From a virus (Duplodnaviria; Caudoviricetes), in IMG/VR virus record IMGVR_UViG_3300004282_000003, positions 1 through 54,632 of that record: a stretch of DNA of 54,632 nt; one strand, given 5' to 3'. The notes beneath the pieces are model-generated. The model worked only from the letters and a program-made list of their open reading frames with translations, was not told the origin of the DNA and did not search any database. Every line of letters starts with the position of its first letter. Position 1 is the first letter of the stretch. The position numbers and the translations under genes were made by a program. This document shows, in pieces, positions 9,347 to 18,927 of the stretch.

Positions 9347-11776
9347 TCAACCACATGAAGTGTAAAAGCACTCTGGATTAGTACATTGACCAGAACGACA
9401 ACCAGAATCATGTGAAAGTGTGAATTTTTTACAAACTGGACACTCAGAATAGTAACAAACATTTGTTACTAATTCATGTGGTACTTTTTCTTTTAAAGTT
9501 TCATCACTTGCTTTTTTAATGTCAGTATAATAACTATCCATTATAATACCAATTGCATCAATAATACTTTCTGCTGCAAAAGGTGTTTCTTGATCTTCAA
9601 ATAATCTAAACCAAAATTTATCTTCTCTTGTTCCTCTTAATAGAGAACTGATTTCATTGAAAGGAACTCCACTTTGTAAATTTTTAGATATTACTCTACC
9701 TAATGTATCCAATAAAAGGTTTTCTAGTTTACCTGATTTTCCTAGTCTTAGAAATGCCTCTAATGGTTTATTATTACTATCTTTATTTAAAGTTAAATAT
9801 AATCTTCCATGTGGAGTTTCTATTTCAAATGTTTTCCCATCTCTTGTAACAGGTCTTTTATTATGTGATTTTGTTTGTTCTTTATGCTTCCCCCACAATT
9901 CTTCAAACTCTTTTTCATTTAATGTTAGTGTACCAATTCCACTATCTTTTTCAATTGTTGGTATTTTTATTTTCTTTTCTCCAAAATTTATAGGTTGCCA
10001 ATCTAAACATTGATCTCTATAAATTGTAATTCCCTTTAATCCCAATCTCCAAGCAAGTACAAATATTTTTTCAATATCATGTTTTGTTGCATGATTAGGA
10101 AGATTACAAGTAGAAGAAATACCCAAGCTAATGTATCTTTGCCCTGCTGCTTGCATATTAAGTTTATCTAATGGATTAATATCATGTGCTGTAACAAATA
10201 TTTCTTGAACATTTTTTGGTATATCTCCAATTCCTTTTATAGATCCATTATTTTTTATAATTCTTTTATATAAACTTTTTCTAGATTTTATTTTTGTATT
10301 TTCATCTAAGTGGTTTATGATAGAATTCTCTACATAGTTTTCAAATTCTGGATTTACAAATGTCATAATTTCATGTGATTCAGCTAATTCTTTTTGCCAA
10401 ACAATAGCAGACAATGGTTCAAATGAATAAGAACAATCTGCTGATAATGCTGTTGTTCCTGTTGGTTGGCAAGTTGTCCATGTACAATTTCTAATACCAT
10501 ACTCATCAAATTTTCTTATAGTTTTTTTGGTACATCCATAATATAGAAGAAGATTTTTAAAATGTTTCCAATCATCTTCTGGAATTTTTATACCTCCTTT
10601 TTCTTTTGCTAATTTAATGGATGTTTTTATTGCTGTTTTAGTTAAACATTTACATATTTTTTTAAAGAGTTCTATAGCTTCATCACTATTATATGGAATT
10701 TCTAATTTTATAAATATATCTGCCAATCCCATTATTCCCAAACCAATAGGTCTAGTTGCTTTCATTTCTTCTTCAAATTTAGGATGTAAATAACTTGTTT
10801 TATCAATTACATTATCTAAAAATCTAACTCCTAGTTTTGTTAATCTTTCTAATTCTTCCCAATTAAAACCAATACTATTAGGATCTGTTTGGATTAAACA
10901 ATTATTAAGATTGATTGCTCCTAATACACAAGCACTCCAATCTGGTAAAGGAACTTCTTGACAAGCATTTGCACAATTAATTTTTCCTCTACTTGGAAAT
11001 GGATTGAATTTATTTGCAGTATCTATAAAGAGTAACCCTGGATCTCCTGTTTCCCATGCATTTTCTATTATTTTTTCCCACAAATCCTTTGATTGAATAT
11101 ACTGTTTAAAATCTGGATTATTATATTTTGAAATTGGATTTGGAGAAATACATTCAATATCTTTTTTAGGATCATCATTACAAATCATTGCCATAAAATT
11201 ATCTGGTGCTAACATTGAAATATTAAATGATCTTAAAGATTTCTTATCTCTTTTTGAATCTAATATTTCTAATGTATCTGGATGGTCATGTCTAAATACA
11301 GCAAGATTAGCTGCTCTTCTATTTTTTCCACCAGCCATTACTGTTTGAGATACAATTTCTAATACTTGTAAATATGCTAGAGGACCAGAAGCTTGACCAC
11401 TTGAAGAGATTGGACTTCCTTTTTCTCTTAAATTAGTAATGTTAATTCCAGCACCAGCACCACTAGCATAGATTCTAGAAAGAGTTCCCCACATATCAAT
11501 AATTGAATCCATTGAATCTTCTAGTTTGTATATAAAACAAGCCATTAATTGTTGATCTAATGGATTTGTACTTGTTGTTCCAGCATTTATTAATGTGGGT
11601 GTATTTGGTCTAAAAGATTTTGTTCTTAATATTTCAAAAAATTCAATTTCTTCTGTATCATTATTAGAAATAAATTCAGCAACTCTACGATGAACATCAT
11701 TTGGACGTTTTTCATCTAACTTTTTGTTAAAGTATAACTTTTGGTATATCTTTAAGGCATTTTCAGAATATTCCAT
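9347..11776 (-). CDS. nrdJ: Class II (adenosylcobalamin-dependent) ribonucleotide reductase with C-terminal TSCPD/Zn region
   Basis: PNTPTLINAG, ACF, RRAAN, GDPG, NACQE (thiyl Cys), RPIGLG, QPTGT, KGITIYR and C-terminal Cys clusters. No NrdB nearby. Confidence 0.85.
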   Translation of the reverse strand: MEYSENALKIYQKLYFNKKLDEKRPNDVHRRVAEFISNNDTEEIEFFEILRTKSFRPNTPTLINAGTTSTNPLDQQLMACFIYKLEDSMDSIIDMWGTLSRIYASGAGAGINITNLREKGSPISSSGQASGPLAYLQVLEIVSQTVMAGGKNRRAANLAVFRHDHPDTLEILDSKRDKKSLRSFNISMLAPDNFMAMICNDDPKKDIECISPNPISKYNNPDFKQYIQSKDLWEKIIENAWETGDPGLLFIDTANKFNPFPSRGKINCANACQEVPLPDWSACVLGAINLNNCLIQTDPNSIGFNWEELERLTKLGVRFLDNVIDKTSYLHPKFEEEMKATRPIGLGIMGLADIFIKLEIPYNSDEAIELFKKICKCLTKTAIKTSIKLAKEKGGIKIPEDDWKHFKNLLLYYGCTKKTIRKFDEYGIRNCTWTTCQPTGTTALSADCSYSFEPLSAIVWQKELAESHEIMTFVNPEFENYVENSIINHLDENTKIKSRKSLYKRIIKNNGSIKGIGDIPKNVQEIFVTAHDINPLDKLNMQAAGQRYISLGISSTCNLPNHATKHDIEKIFVLAWRLGLKGITIYRDQCLDWQPINFGEKKIKIPTIEKDSGIGTLTLNEKEFEELWGKHKEQTKSHNKRPVTRDGKTFEIETPHGRLYLTLNKDSNNKPLEAFLRLGKSGKLENLLLDTLGRVISKNLQSGVPFNEISSLLRGTREDKFWFRLFEDQETPFAAESIIDAIGIIMDSYYTDIKKASDETLKEKVPHELVTNVCYYSECPVCKKFTLSHDSGCRSGQCTNPECFYTSCG

Positions 11777-11784
11777 TTTTTCTC

Positions 11785-11988
11785 CTACTGATTTCTAGCT
11801 AATGAAGCATTTGCCCACATTACAACTTCTTCTAGTTTTGTAAATGCTAAAGATTTTTCTCTACTGTCAGGACAAATATTATTAATTAAAATTCCAAATT
11901 ATTTTGCTTTTTCTCTTATATCTATAAACTTCATAACATTTTCATCTTTTGGTGGATGATAAGTAAATATTTTTTCAATATTAGTCAT
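11785..11988 (-). pseudogene. Acb2/Tad1-like (cyclic-nucleotide sponge family) small protein with an in-frame TAA at codon 30
   Basis: Absent from the ORF track. Manual translation: MTNIEKIFTYHPPKDENVMKFIDIREKAK*FGILINNICPDSREKSLAFTKLEEVVMWANASLARNQ, with RBS AAGGAG and TAA at 11899-11901. Confidence 0.7.
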
Positions 11989-12174
11989 TATCTTCTCCTT
12001 GAGCTTCTATAACTATCATTCCTTTTTCAATATAAACAATATAACCTTCTACTTTTTCTATTTCTTCTATAGAAATAGAAGTTTTACCATTATAGTTTTT
12101 TAATACAAGAGCCGATAATATTTGTCCATGAATATCCATTTGTTTTCCATCAATTTTTATATTTATTTTTTTCA

Positions 12175-12429
12175 TTATCCTGTTCTCCTAAGAAATTCAA
12201 AAGTTTTTCTTTTTCTATCTCTATCTAGAGTACCTTCTATTGAAGCTGTTTTTCTATCTCTCATTAAATTATTTTGTCTTAGATATTTATTAACTGTATT
12301 TCTTCCAACTGATATTAATTGTGCTACCATGTCAACACTTAACCTTTGTCCTACATAAAGTTCATTTATTTTTTCTATTTGTTCTATTGTTAAAGTTGTT
12401 TTTTTTCCTTGCATAAATTTTCCTCTCAA
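12175..12429 (-). CDS. Small HTH protein
   Basis: LSVDMVAQLISVGRNTVNKYL fits a helix-turn-helix pattern. Confidence 0.6.
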   Translation of the reverse strand: MRGKFMQGKKTTLTIEQIEKINELYVGQRLSVDMVAQLISVGRNTVNKYLRQNNLMRDRKTASIEGTLDRDRKRKTFEFLRRTG

Positions 12430-12666
12430 TCTTTTGGTTTAATTTCTATTTTTCCTTTTAGAATATGTTCATAAGATTTACTATTAACACCTTTTTTACC
12501 TACATTAAATAAATATTTTCCTAGTTTACTTAATGCATGATCTTCATCTTTTGCTTTCATATCCCCCAAAATATAAATTTGAAATTCTTTCATTTTTCCT
12601 CCTATTAATTGTTGGTTTGGTGATAGTATTTCAATTTCTGCTTTGAACATTTTTTTAACCCTTTAT

Positions 12667-12987
12667 TTAGAATTGTATCCATTCATTAATTGTTTCATCT
12701 TCATGTGTTACTTCTTTAGGGTATAATTCACTACCACATTTTGGACAATTTCCAAAAAAGTATCTACAAGTTTCTACTTTTCTTTTTAATATTTTATCAT
12801 ATTTTATTCCAGTATCTACTAATCCTGCTTCTGATTCATAATCGTGAAGAGGTAGAGTGAGTTTATTTTTCCAATTACATTCTTTATTAGTACAACATAA
12901 TTGTGTAAATGGATCATATTCTTCTATATCATATGTTTTTAGTTCATATCTTTTTGATTTATATCTTTTTAGTTTATATCTTTTCAT
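12667..12987 (-). CDS. Hypothetical zinc-ribbon protein
   Basis: CTNKEC...CPKCG; basic repetitive N-terminus. Confidence 0.5.
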   Translation of the reverse strand: MKRYKLKRYKSKRYELKTYDIEEYDPFTQLCCTNKECNWKNKLTLPLHDYESEAGLVDTGIKYDKILKRKVETCRYFFGNCPKCGSELYPKEVTHEDETINEWIQF

Positions 12988-13897
12988 TTGTTTTCCCCAA
13001 TCTTTGTTTTAATACTTCCAATTGAAAATCGTAACAATGCAAACTTTTAGAGGTAAAAGATAGTGGTCCAGGGTTTATGCCTAGTTCACCTGCTACATAC
13101 TCATTTAGCAATGTAAATCCCCCCATGTTAGTAGGCCATCCACCCCATAAATCCCAACTTCTATAAATTACTTTTGTTAATAAATAATCTTCTTCTGATT
13201 TATTAAAACCATGAGTAATACATTCACATTCAAAGCGTGTGTGATGTATATTATCTTTTATTATTCTTTCATATTGAAAAGGTTCATATTCAAATCCACA
13301 ATTTTTACATTTATAGTTTATGTTTTTAATAATTCCAAAGTCTAATCCTCTTAAACATGGAGAAGTTTTTCTTTCTTGTTCAGTTTTGTAGGGAATATCA
13401 TAAGCAAAATTAGATTCAGGATAACCAACTGTTAAATAACAATGTTCATTTCCAAAACCTTTTTCTTTGAAATGATTTATAATCCATTGAAGTTGGTTAG
13501 GTACATTTATTGGAAAATAGGCAACATCTAAACCATCATAAAATCTTATTCCTCCTGGTGGATAATAATTTCCACCAACTATAAATGTTGCATATTTATA
13601 ATCTTCATTATCTTTTATTTTTCCATTCATTAAGTAATCAGCAAAATACATTTCAATATCATGGTCTGTAGTTGGTGCTGGTAGATTACTTCCTTCAGGC
13701 ATAATAGGTGCTAAGGGTTTTTCGTGGGGTAAATGAATAAATCCTGAAACATCATCAAATGATAATCTTGTAGCTTCTTTATAAGAACCTTCTGTAATAA
13801 ATTTCTTTCTTCCATTATCATGTAAAGCTTGAAGTAGTTGGAACCAAGTGTCACCTAGAGTTGTTCCCTCAATAAAAACTGGTTTACAAATTGACAT
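12974..13897 (-). CDS. thyA: Thymidylate synthase homolog (archaeal-like ThyA fold) with Cys-rich insertion
   Basis: Catalytic SPCL, YRSWDLWGGWPTN (dUMP-type Asn) and SLHCYD. Confidence 0.75.
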   Translation of the reverse strand: MSICKPVFIEGTTLGDTWFQLLQALHDNGRKKFITEGSYKEATRLSFDDVSGFIHLPHEKPLAPIMPEGSNLPAPTTDHDIEMYFADYLMNGKIKDNEDYKYATFIVGGNYYPPGGIRFYDGLDVAYFPINVPNQLQWIINHFKEKGFGNEHCYLTVGYPESNFAYDIPYKTEQERKTSPCLRGLDFGIIKNINYKCKNCGFEYEPFQYERIIKDNIHHTRFECECITHGFNKSEEDYLLTKVIYRSWDLWGGWPTNMGGFTLLNEYVAGELGINPGPLSFTSKSLHCYDFQLEVLKQRLGKTNEKI

Positions 13898-13909
13898 AAT
13901 TAATCTCCC

Positions 13910-14176
13910 TTAGAATTTTGGATTTGATAATTTGGGGTCTTGTCTAGGTCCACCTGGATCTTTTTCTAAAGAAATAATAATTTTTCCTTTTTTAATTATA
14001 ATTAATTGTGTTATATCCACCCATTGAAGTTCTTGAATTATACCATCTTTAGCTGGTCCTGCAATTCCAATTCTAGAACATCCATTCATCCAATCTGTTC
14101 TTGCAACTGCAATTCCGGTAAGTCCACTAATAAGATCATTTATTTCATCACCAAATTCAATTTGTTTTTCTTTCAT
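13910..14176 (-). CDS. Hypothetical phage protein
   Basis: GDEINDLISGLTGIAVARTDWMNGC...PGGP looks like a common small phage family; good RBS. Confidence 0.55.
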   Translation of the reverse strand: MKEKQIEFGDEINDLISGLTGIAVARTDWMNGCSRIGIAGPAKDGIIQELQWVDITQLIIIKKGKIIISLEKDPGGPRQDPKLSNPKF

Positions 14177-14651
14177 TAAATTCCCCCCTTTCTTTTTTCA
14201 ATACTTCTGGTGGTTTTGAAATTAAATTCTTTTCAACTAAAAAATCAATAAGCATTTTATAAATTTGTGATTCTGTTGACAATTCCATTATTGAATTTAA
14301 ACCTATTTTACTTATTGAATCTGCTTCTTCTTTTGTCTGTTTACAATCAAAATATCCACATCCAAATGGTGAAAGTGAATGAATTAAACATTTTTCATCT
14401 TCTGTAAAGAAAATACAATAACCTTTTTCATTTCTTCTTGGAACTAATGTAGGGATTCTAAAAATTTCTTCTCCTTTCTGAACTATAGCTCCTGCTGAAG
14501 CTAGTAAAAAGGTTTCTGCAAAATATAATATATTTTCATAACCTAACAAGCTACAAATTGTAGTTATATCTGTTGGTACTAGATAACCTGGAAGGGTTTT
14601 GCAATTCCATTTGCATCTGTTACAATCACAAGAATTTCTTTTAAAATCCAT
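14157..14651 (-). CDS. YkgJ-like cysteine-cluster protein
   Basis: CNRCKWNC ... CIFF ... CLIH ... PFGC pattern. Confidence 0.7.
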   Translation of the reverse strand: MDFKRNSCDCNRCKWNCKTLPGYLVPTDITTICSLLGYENILYFAETFLLASAGAIVQKGEEIFRIPTLVPRRNEKGYCIFFTEDEKCLIHSLSPFGCGYFDCKQTKEEADSISKIGLNSIMELSTESQIYKMLIDFLVEKNLISKPPEVLKKERGEFNERKTN

Positions 14652-14656
14652 ATTTA

Positions 14657-15004
14657 TTACCAGCTCCCTGTTGTTGTAGAAGTTGTAGAAGTATAGACTG
14701 TATTACCATAATTACTGGTATAAGTTCTTATTATAATAGATGGACGTTGAATTATTTTTGATTGTATTCTTATTTTCATAACTTCATCTACAATATGATT
14801 TATTATTTTCATTTTCTCTAAATTATTTGGATTGAAATCAGGATGATATTTCTTTGCTAATAGTTTTCTTTGTTTTTTTACTAATTTTTTAAAACTTTCT
14901 AATTTCTTTTTAGCATCTTCTATTGAAAGTTGTTCTTTAAAGAATTGGGTTTCCTCTTTTGGTATTTCTAGATGTAAATGAATATTTTCAAGTGTTACTG
15001 GCAT
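14657..15004 (-). CDS. Partial J-domain (DnaJ-like) protein
   Basis: KKQRKLLAKKYHPD followed by the helix-III-like EKMKIINHIVD. Confidence 0.6.
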   Translation of the reverse strand: MPVTLENIHLHLEIPKEETQFFKEQLSIEDAKKKLESFKKLVKKQRKLLAKKYHPDFNPNNLEKMKIINHIVDEVMKIRIQSKIIQRPSIIIRTYTSNYGNTVYTSTTSTTTGSW

Positions 15005-15512
15005 TTAAGTCTCCACATTTAGGACAAACATTTTTATTTGATATAAATCTTCCACACTTTTTACACTTCCAATCTTTTACATCTTGTTTATAATTTTTCT
15101 TTTCTTGTTCTGTCATATTTTTCCAACCACCATAATTAACAAAAGATTCTGGTCTGTGATGCTTAAAAATATGTTCTGCTACTAAAAATTGATTTTCAGA
15201 TTTATATCCTGTATAGGCTACAAAATATTCTTGTTCAATTGAATCAAATGGAGCATAATGAATTTTACCATTTTGAGAGAATACAAGTTTTGCTACTTTG
15301 TGTGATTTTATGTTAGTAAAATAATTTTGTTCATCATCATATTTTGCTTCTACTATTGTACCAGTTCTTAAATTAGTATAACCAATATAATACATATAAT
15401 ATGGTTTTTCAGAATGATCTTCTTCCAATAAAATTCTTTTATCATTAAATTTTTCAATATAAACTATTTTAGTAACTTTTACCACATCACCAATCCTGAA
15501 TTTCTTGTGCAT
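14988..15512 (-). CDS. Hypothetical protein with C-terminal zinc ribbon
   Basis: FRIGDVVKV N-terminus; CKKC...CPKC. Confidence 0.55.
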   Translation of the reverse strand: MHKKFRIGDVVKVTKIVYIEKFNDKRILLEEDHSEKPYYMYYIGYTNLRTGTIVEAKYDDEQNYFTNIKSHKVAKLVFSQNGKIHYAPFDSIEQEYFVAYTGYKSENQFLVAEHIFKHHRPESFVNYGGWKNMTEQEKKNYKQDVKDWKCKKCGRFISNKNVCPKCGDLNASNT

Positions 15513-15532
15513 ATCTTTTACTCCATTTTCCT

Positions 15533-16111
15533 TTAGTTGTCAATAGAAATTATATTGTCTGCTGATTCTATAACTTCTTCTTTGTGAGTAATAATTATTT
15601 GTTGCATTTTAAAACGATCAGTTATTTCTTTTAAAATAATACCCACTTTGGGTAAAAAATATTTAGATAAGTTTTTAAATGGTTCATCTGAAAATATAAT
15701 TGGTTCTGTTCCTTCCAAAGACCATGATGCCATTCTTAAAGCATAAGAAAAAATATCTACTTCTCCAACTGCTGTTACATCTCTTCTTATTTCCATTAAT
15801 ATGCCTTTCTTTTCAAGATAGAGAAAGGCTTCCTGTTGGTCATTCCTTGTTTTTATAACTATTTTAGCTTTGAATTTTTTACCAAAAAGACTTTGTAATA
15901 ATAATGTAACAGAATTTTCTAAATAATCTTTAGTTTTTTGAATTGTATTTTGAGCTACAAACATTACAGTTTGCTTTGCTTTTTCATGGTTTTCTATTTC
16001 ACTTTTTATTCTTCTTATTCTCACAAAAGAATCTTTATATTTTCTTTTTGCTCTAGAAAGTTCTGCATCTTTTCTTTCTATTTTTGTTATTAAAGAATTT
16101 AAATCTATCAT
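15533..16111 (-). CDS. SbcC/Rad50 C-terminal half
   Basis: Coiled coil, degenerate signature TAVGE, Walker B IFSDEPF, H-loop IITH; no Walker A. Confidence 0.85.
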   Translation of the reverse strand: MIDLNSLITKIERKDAELSRAKRKYKDSFVRIRRIKSEIENHEKAKQTVMFVAQNTIQKTKDYLENSVTLLLQSLFGKKFKAKIVIKTRNDQQEAFLYLEKKGILMEIRRDVTAVGEVDIFSYALRMASWSLEGTEPIIFSDEPFKNLSKYFLPKVGIILKEITDRFKMQQIIITHKEEVIESADNIISIDN

Positions 16112-16389
16112 AACAATTCCTGTTCTTTTATTTCTTCCATTATACTCTCAAATTCAGTTTCAATTTCTTCCTCTTCTGATTTCAATTCTTTTGTTTCTGC
16201 TTTGATATAAATTTCTCCTTCTTCTGTTGATTTACAACCATATTCATCTTTAAGCTTTTTTAAGTAAAAGTTTCTTTCTGCTAATTTTTCTTGTAAATTC
16301 TCCTTCTTTCGGTTTAAGGATTTTAAAGTTTGTTGGAGATCTTCTTGCATAATTTTCAATTTCATATTCATAATCCTTTCCAAAAACAT
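16108..16389 (-). CDS. Coiled-coil protein, probable middle fragment of split SbcC
   Basis: Heptad-rich; coupled to the SbcC C-half and overlapping the SbcD 3' end. Confidence 0.55.
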   Translation of the reverse strand: MFLERIMNMKLKIMQEDLQQTLKSLNRKKENLQEKLAERNFYLKKLKDEYGCKSTEEGEIYIKAETKELKSEEEEIETEFESIMEEIKEQELL

Positions 16390-17329
16390 CTATTAATGTT
16401 GTTCTAATTACTTGTTCTACTTTTCTTTCTATTCCAGGTTGCATTATTATTTCAAGTAGATCAACAATGAATTTTGTTTTATAATCTATATTCATTGATT
16501 TTAAACTAAAAATAAAATCCTCCAATCCAGAAACTAATGTAGATTTATCTCTAGTTTCTTCTAAATGATCTTCTGAAATAACTTCTTCAGATGGTTTGGC
16601 ACACTTCAATGGAATAAGATCATAATCATATTTTCCAAGATTCTTTTTCAATATAACAACACTTGGAAAAGTATTTATTTCATCTTCATTTGCCCTTCTT
16701 CTTGTAAGAGTTCCAGGGTTTATAAAAAGAGTATTTCCTTGTTCAAAAATCCCTCTTTTATGCCAATGACCACTTATAACTACTTCCATACCACTAAATT
16801 TTGGATTATCAGAATAAACATAATGTTCTTCATTATGTTCTTTAACAAATGGTGGAGGTTTCCTTTTACTCTTAGATTCTATTACTGCTTTATGCATAAT
16901 AACTATTTTTTTGTTAGTTATTAATCCTATGCTATCTCTAGATCTAATTTGTTCTATTCCTATCCCCCAATCTAAATATTGAATTATTTTTGTTGAAAGT
17001 ACATGCTGAACAAATGGATGAACATCAATCAAGAATCCTGTTGGTGTATTTCTACTTGATTCTAAATTATGAAAAAATAAATCATGGTTTCCATAAATAG
17101 TATAAAAAGGTCTTGTAATTACAGATGTTAAAATTCCAAGTATTCCTAATCCTATTTGTGGTGTATCTACTAAATCTCCAACATTAATAATAGGACATTT
17201 GTATCTTTCTGATAAATTCATTACTTCTTTTAATTTTCTAAATTGTGTATCTACTAAATCATCCTTTCTACATGGTGGATTTCTACCTGAAATATGTACA
17301 TCACCCAAAATTAAATATTCATTAACCAT
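16250..17329 (-). CDS. SbcD/Mre11-like metallophosphoesterase nuclease
   Basis: GDVH, GDLVD, GNHD, MH, GHWH and NPGT motifs. Confidence 0.9.
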   Translation of the reverse strand: MVNEYLILGDVHISGRNPPCRKDDLVDTQFRKLKEVMNLSERYKCPIINVGDLVDTPQIGLGILGILTSVITRPFYTIYGNHDLFFHNLESSRNTPTGFLIDVHPFVQHVLSTKIIQYLDWGIGIEQIRSRDSIGLITNKKIVIMHKAVIESKSKRKPPPFVKEHNEEHYVYSDNPKFSGMEVVISGHWHKRGIFEQGNTLFINPGTLTRRRANEDEINTFPSVVILKKNLGKYDYDLIPLKCAKPSEEVISEDHLEETRDKSTLVSGLEDFIFSLKSMNIDYKTKFIVDLLEIIMQPGIERKVEQVIRTTLIDVFGKDYEYEIENYARRSPTNFKILKPKEGEFTRKISRKKLLLKKA

Positions 17330-17330
17330 T

Positions 17331-18377
17331 TTAGTTCCTTATTTTTTGATTGCATGTTGGACAAATTTTTAATATCTTCAATAGTTTGTTATGTTCTTTC
17401 TCCAAAGAAGATATTTCTTCTTGCAACTTTTCTATGGTTTCCTCATTCTCATTTATAGATTTTAATGTTTCTCGAAGTGCTTGTAGATGATCTAATCGTG
17501 TTATTACTTCAGAATTTACAATCAATAACTCTTCTAGTTTGTGTATGGATGGATTATATTTTTCCAAATCCAAATTATTTAATTCCCATAATTTAACAAT
17601 TGTCCCTCTCAAATTTTTTAGAAATTTTGATTTTTCAATTCCTTTATTTATTTTTTCTAATAGTGATATTGCTAACTTTTCAATCTCTTGTATTTTTTCT
17701 AAAGTAATTTTTATATCAGAAATAGATATAATTTTATCAATTATTCTTTTAAGTTCTTCAACCATTTTAATTCTTTTATCATACTTATTTTTTCTTTTAT
17801 TTAATTTTCCCAATTTTTCCTTTATTTCTGGAACTCCTTTTAATTTATCCATTTCTTGTTTAGCTTCTTGTTTCATCAAAATTTGTACTTTTTTATCAGA
17901 ATTTAATTTTCCAGTTTTCTTTTTTAAATCATCAATAATTTTTTCATAGTGTTCTGTTCCAGACAAATCATTTATATATTTTGCAACATTCCCTGGTGAA
18001 TCAAAAATTAGAAAATGTTTGTTTAATTGTCTTTGCCAATTAATAGGTTTCAAATTAAATAAATTTTTAATTGGTGGTGGTACTTTTGTTCCAAATGCAT
18101 TAAATGATTCTTTATATCCATTCATAAAAAGAATGTATTCTTTTGGTTTTCTTATAATCTTAAATTTATCAGTAGTAACAGTGATTCTATAATTTGGACT
18201 ATTGAAAATTTTTGTAGCATTTAATGGATGATTGTTAATTACTAAAGCTAATGCTCTAAAAATGGTACTTTTACCTGCTCCTGTTTCTCCTGTTATTATA
18301 TTTAAACCATCTGTTAGATTTACTGTTAGTTCTTTATGATTCCCAAAATTTTGTAATTTAATCTGTTTAATTATCAT
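17331..18377 (-). CDS. SbcC/Rad50 N-terminal half
   Basis: LQNFGNH, Walker A GETGAGKST, Q-loop, coiled coil ending at the zinc-hook CPTC. Confidence 0.85.
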   Translation of the reverse strand: MIIKQIKLQNFGNHKELTVNLTDGLNIITGETGAGKSTIFRALALVINNHPLNATKIFNSPNYRITVTTDKFKIIRKPKEYILFMNGYKESFNAFGTKVPPPIKNLFNLKPINWQRQLNKHFLIFDSPGNVAKYINDLSGTEHYEKIIDDLKKKTGKLNSDKKVQILMKQEAKQEMDKLKGVPEIKEKLGKLNKRKNKYDKRIKMVEELKRIIDKIISISDIKITLEKIQEIEKLAISLLEKINKGIEKSKFLKNLRGTIVKLWELNNLDLEKYNPSIHKLEELLIVNSEVITRLDHLQALRETLKSINENEETIEKLQEEISSLEKEHNKLLKILKICPTCNQKIRN

Positions 18378-18927
18378 ACGATTTCCTTATAAATAATGGA
18401 CAATTTTCATCTTTATTTAATATTTCCATTTTAAGTAATTTATTTTTTCTTAATTTTCCTGATTTTAATGTAGGACTAGCTTTTACTTCACAATTTTTTC
18501 TTTTACTGAATTTACAAAAACTACAATCTATTTTCATAATTTAATTATTTCCAATATCTAAAAACTTACAAAGTATTTCATTTTCTGCTTCTTGTAATAA
18601 AACTAAGGAATCTCCTTTTATTGTATCTTCTCTTATTGATTCTAAAACATCAACTATAGTTAAATATATTTCTGTTTCAATATTTATTTTTAACCATTCT
18701 ACATCTTTTTCTATTTGTAAATATAGTAATCCATCTTCCTCTACAATTTTATTTACAGACCATCCATTTGTAGAAAAGTTTTTATGTATTGTGTGTACAA
18801 ATTCTAAATTATTATGATAGAAAGACATTTTATCTTTTATCCTTAGTTCTATACATAAGAAAAACTACAAATAGTGTTCCTACTATAGCTGGAAGTATTA
18901 CTTGAAGAAAAAAGTTTAACATATAAA

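Noticed and set aside
11899-11901. Stop-codon reassignment
   Set aside because: TAA terminates most genes, TAG and TGA also end genes, and long genes are intact under the standard code.
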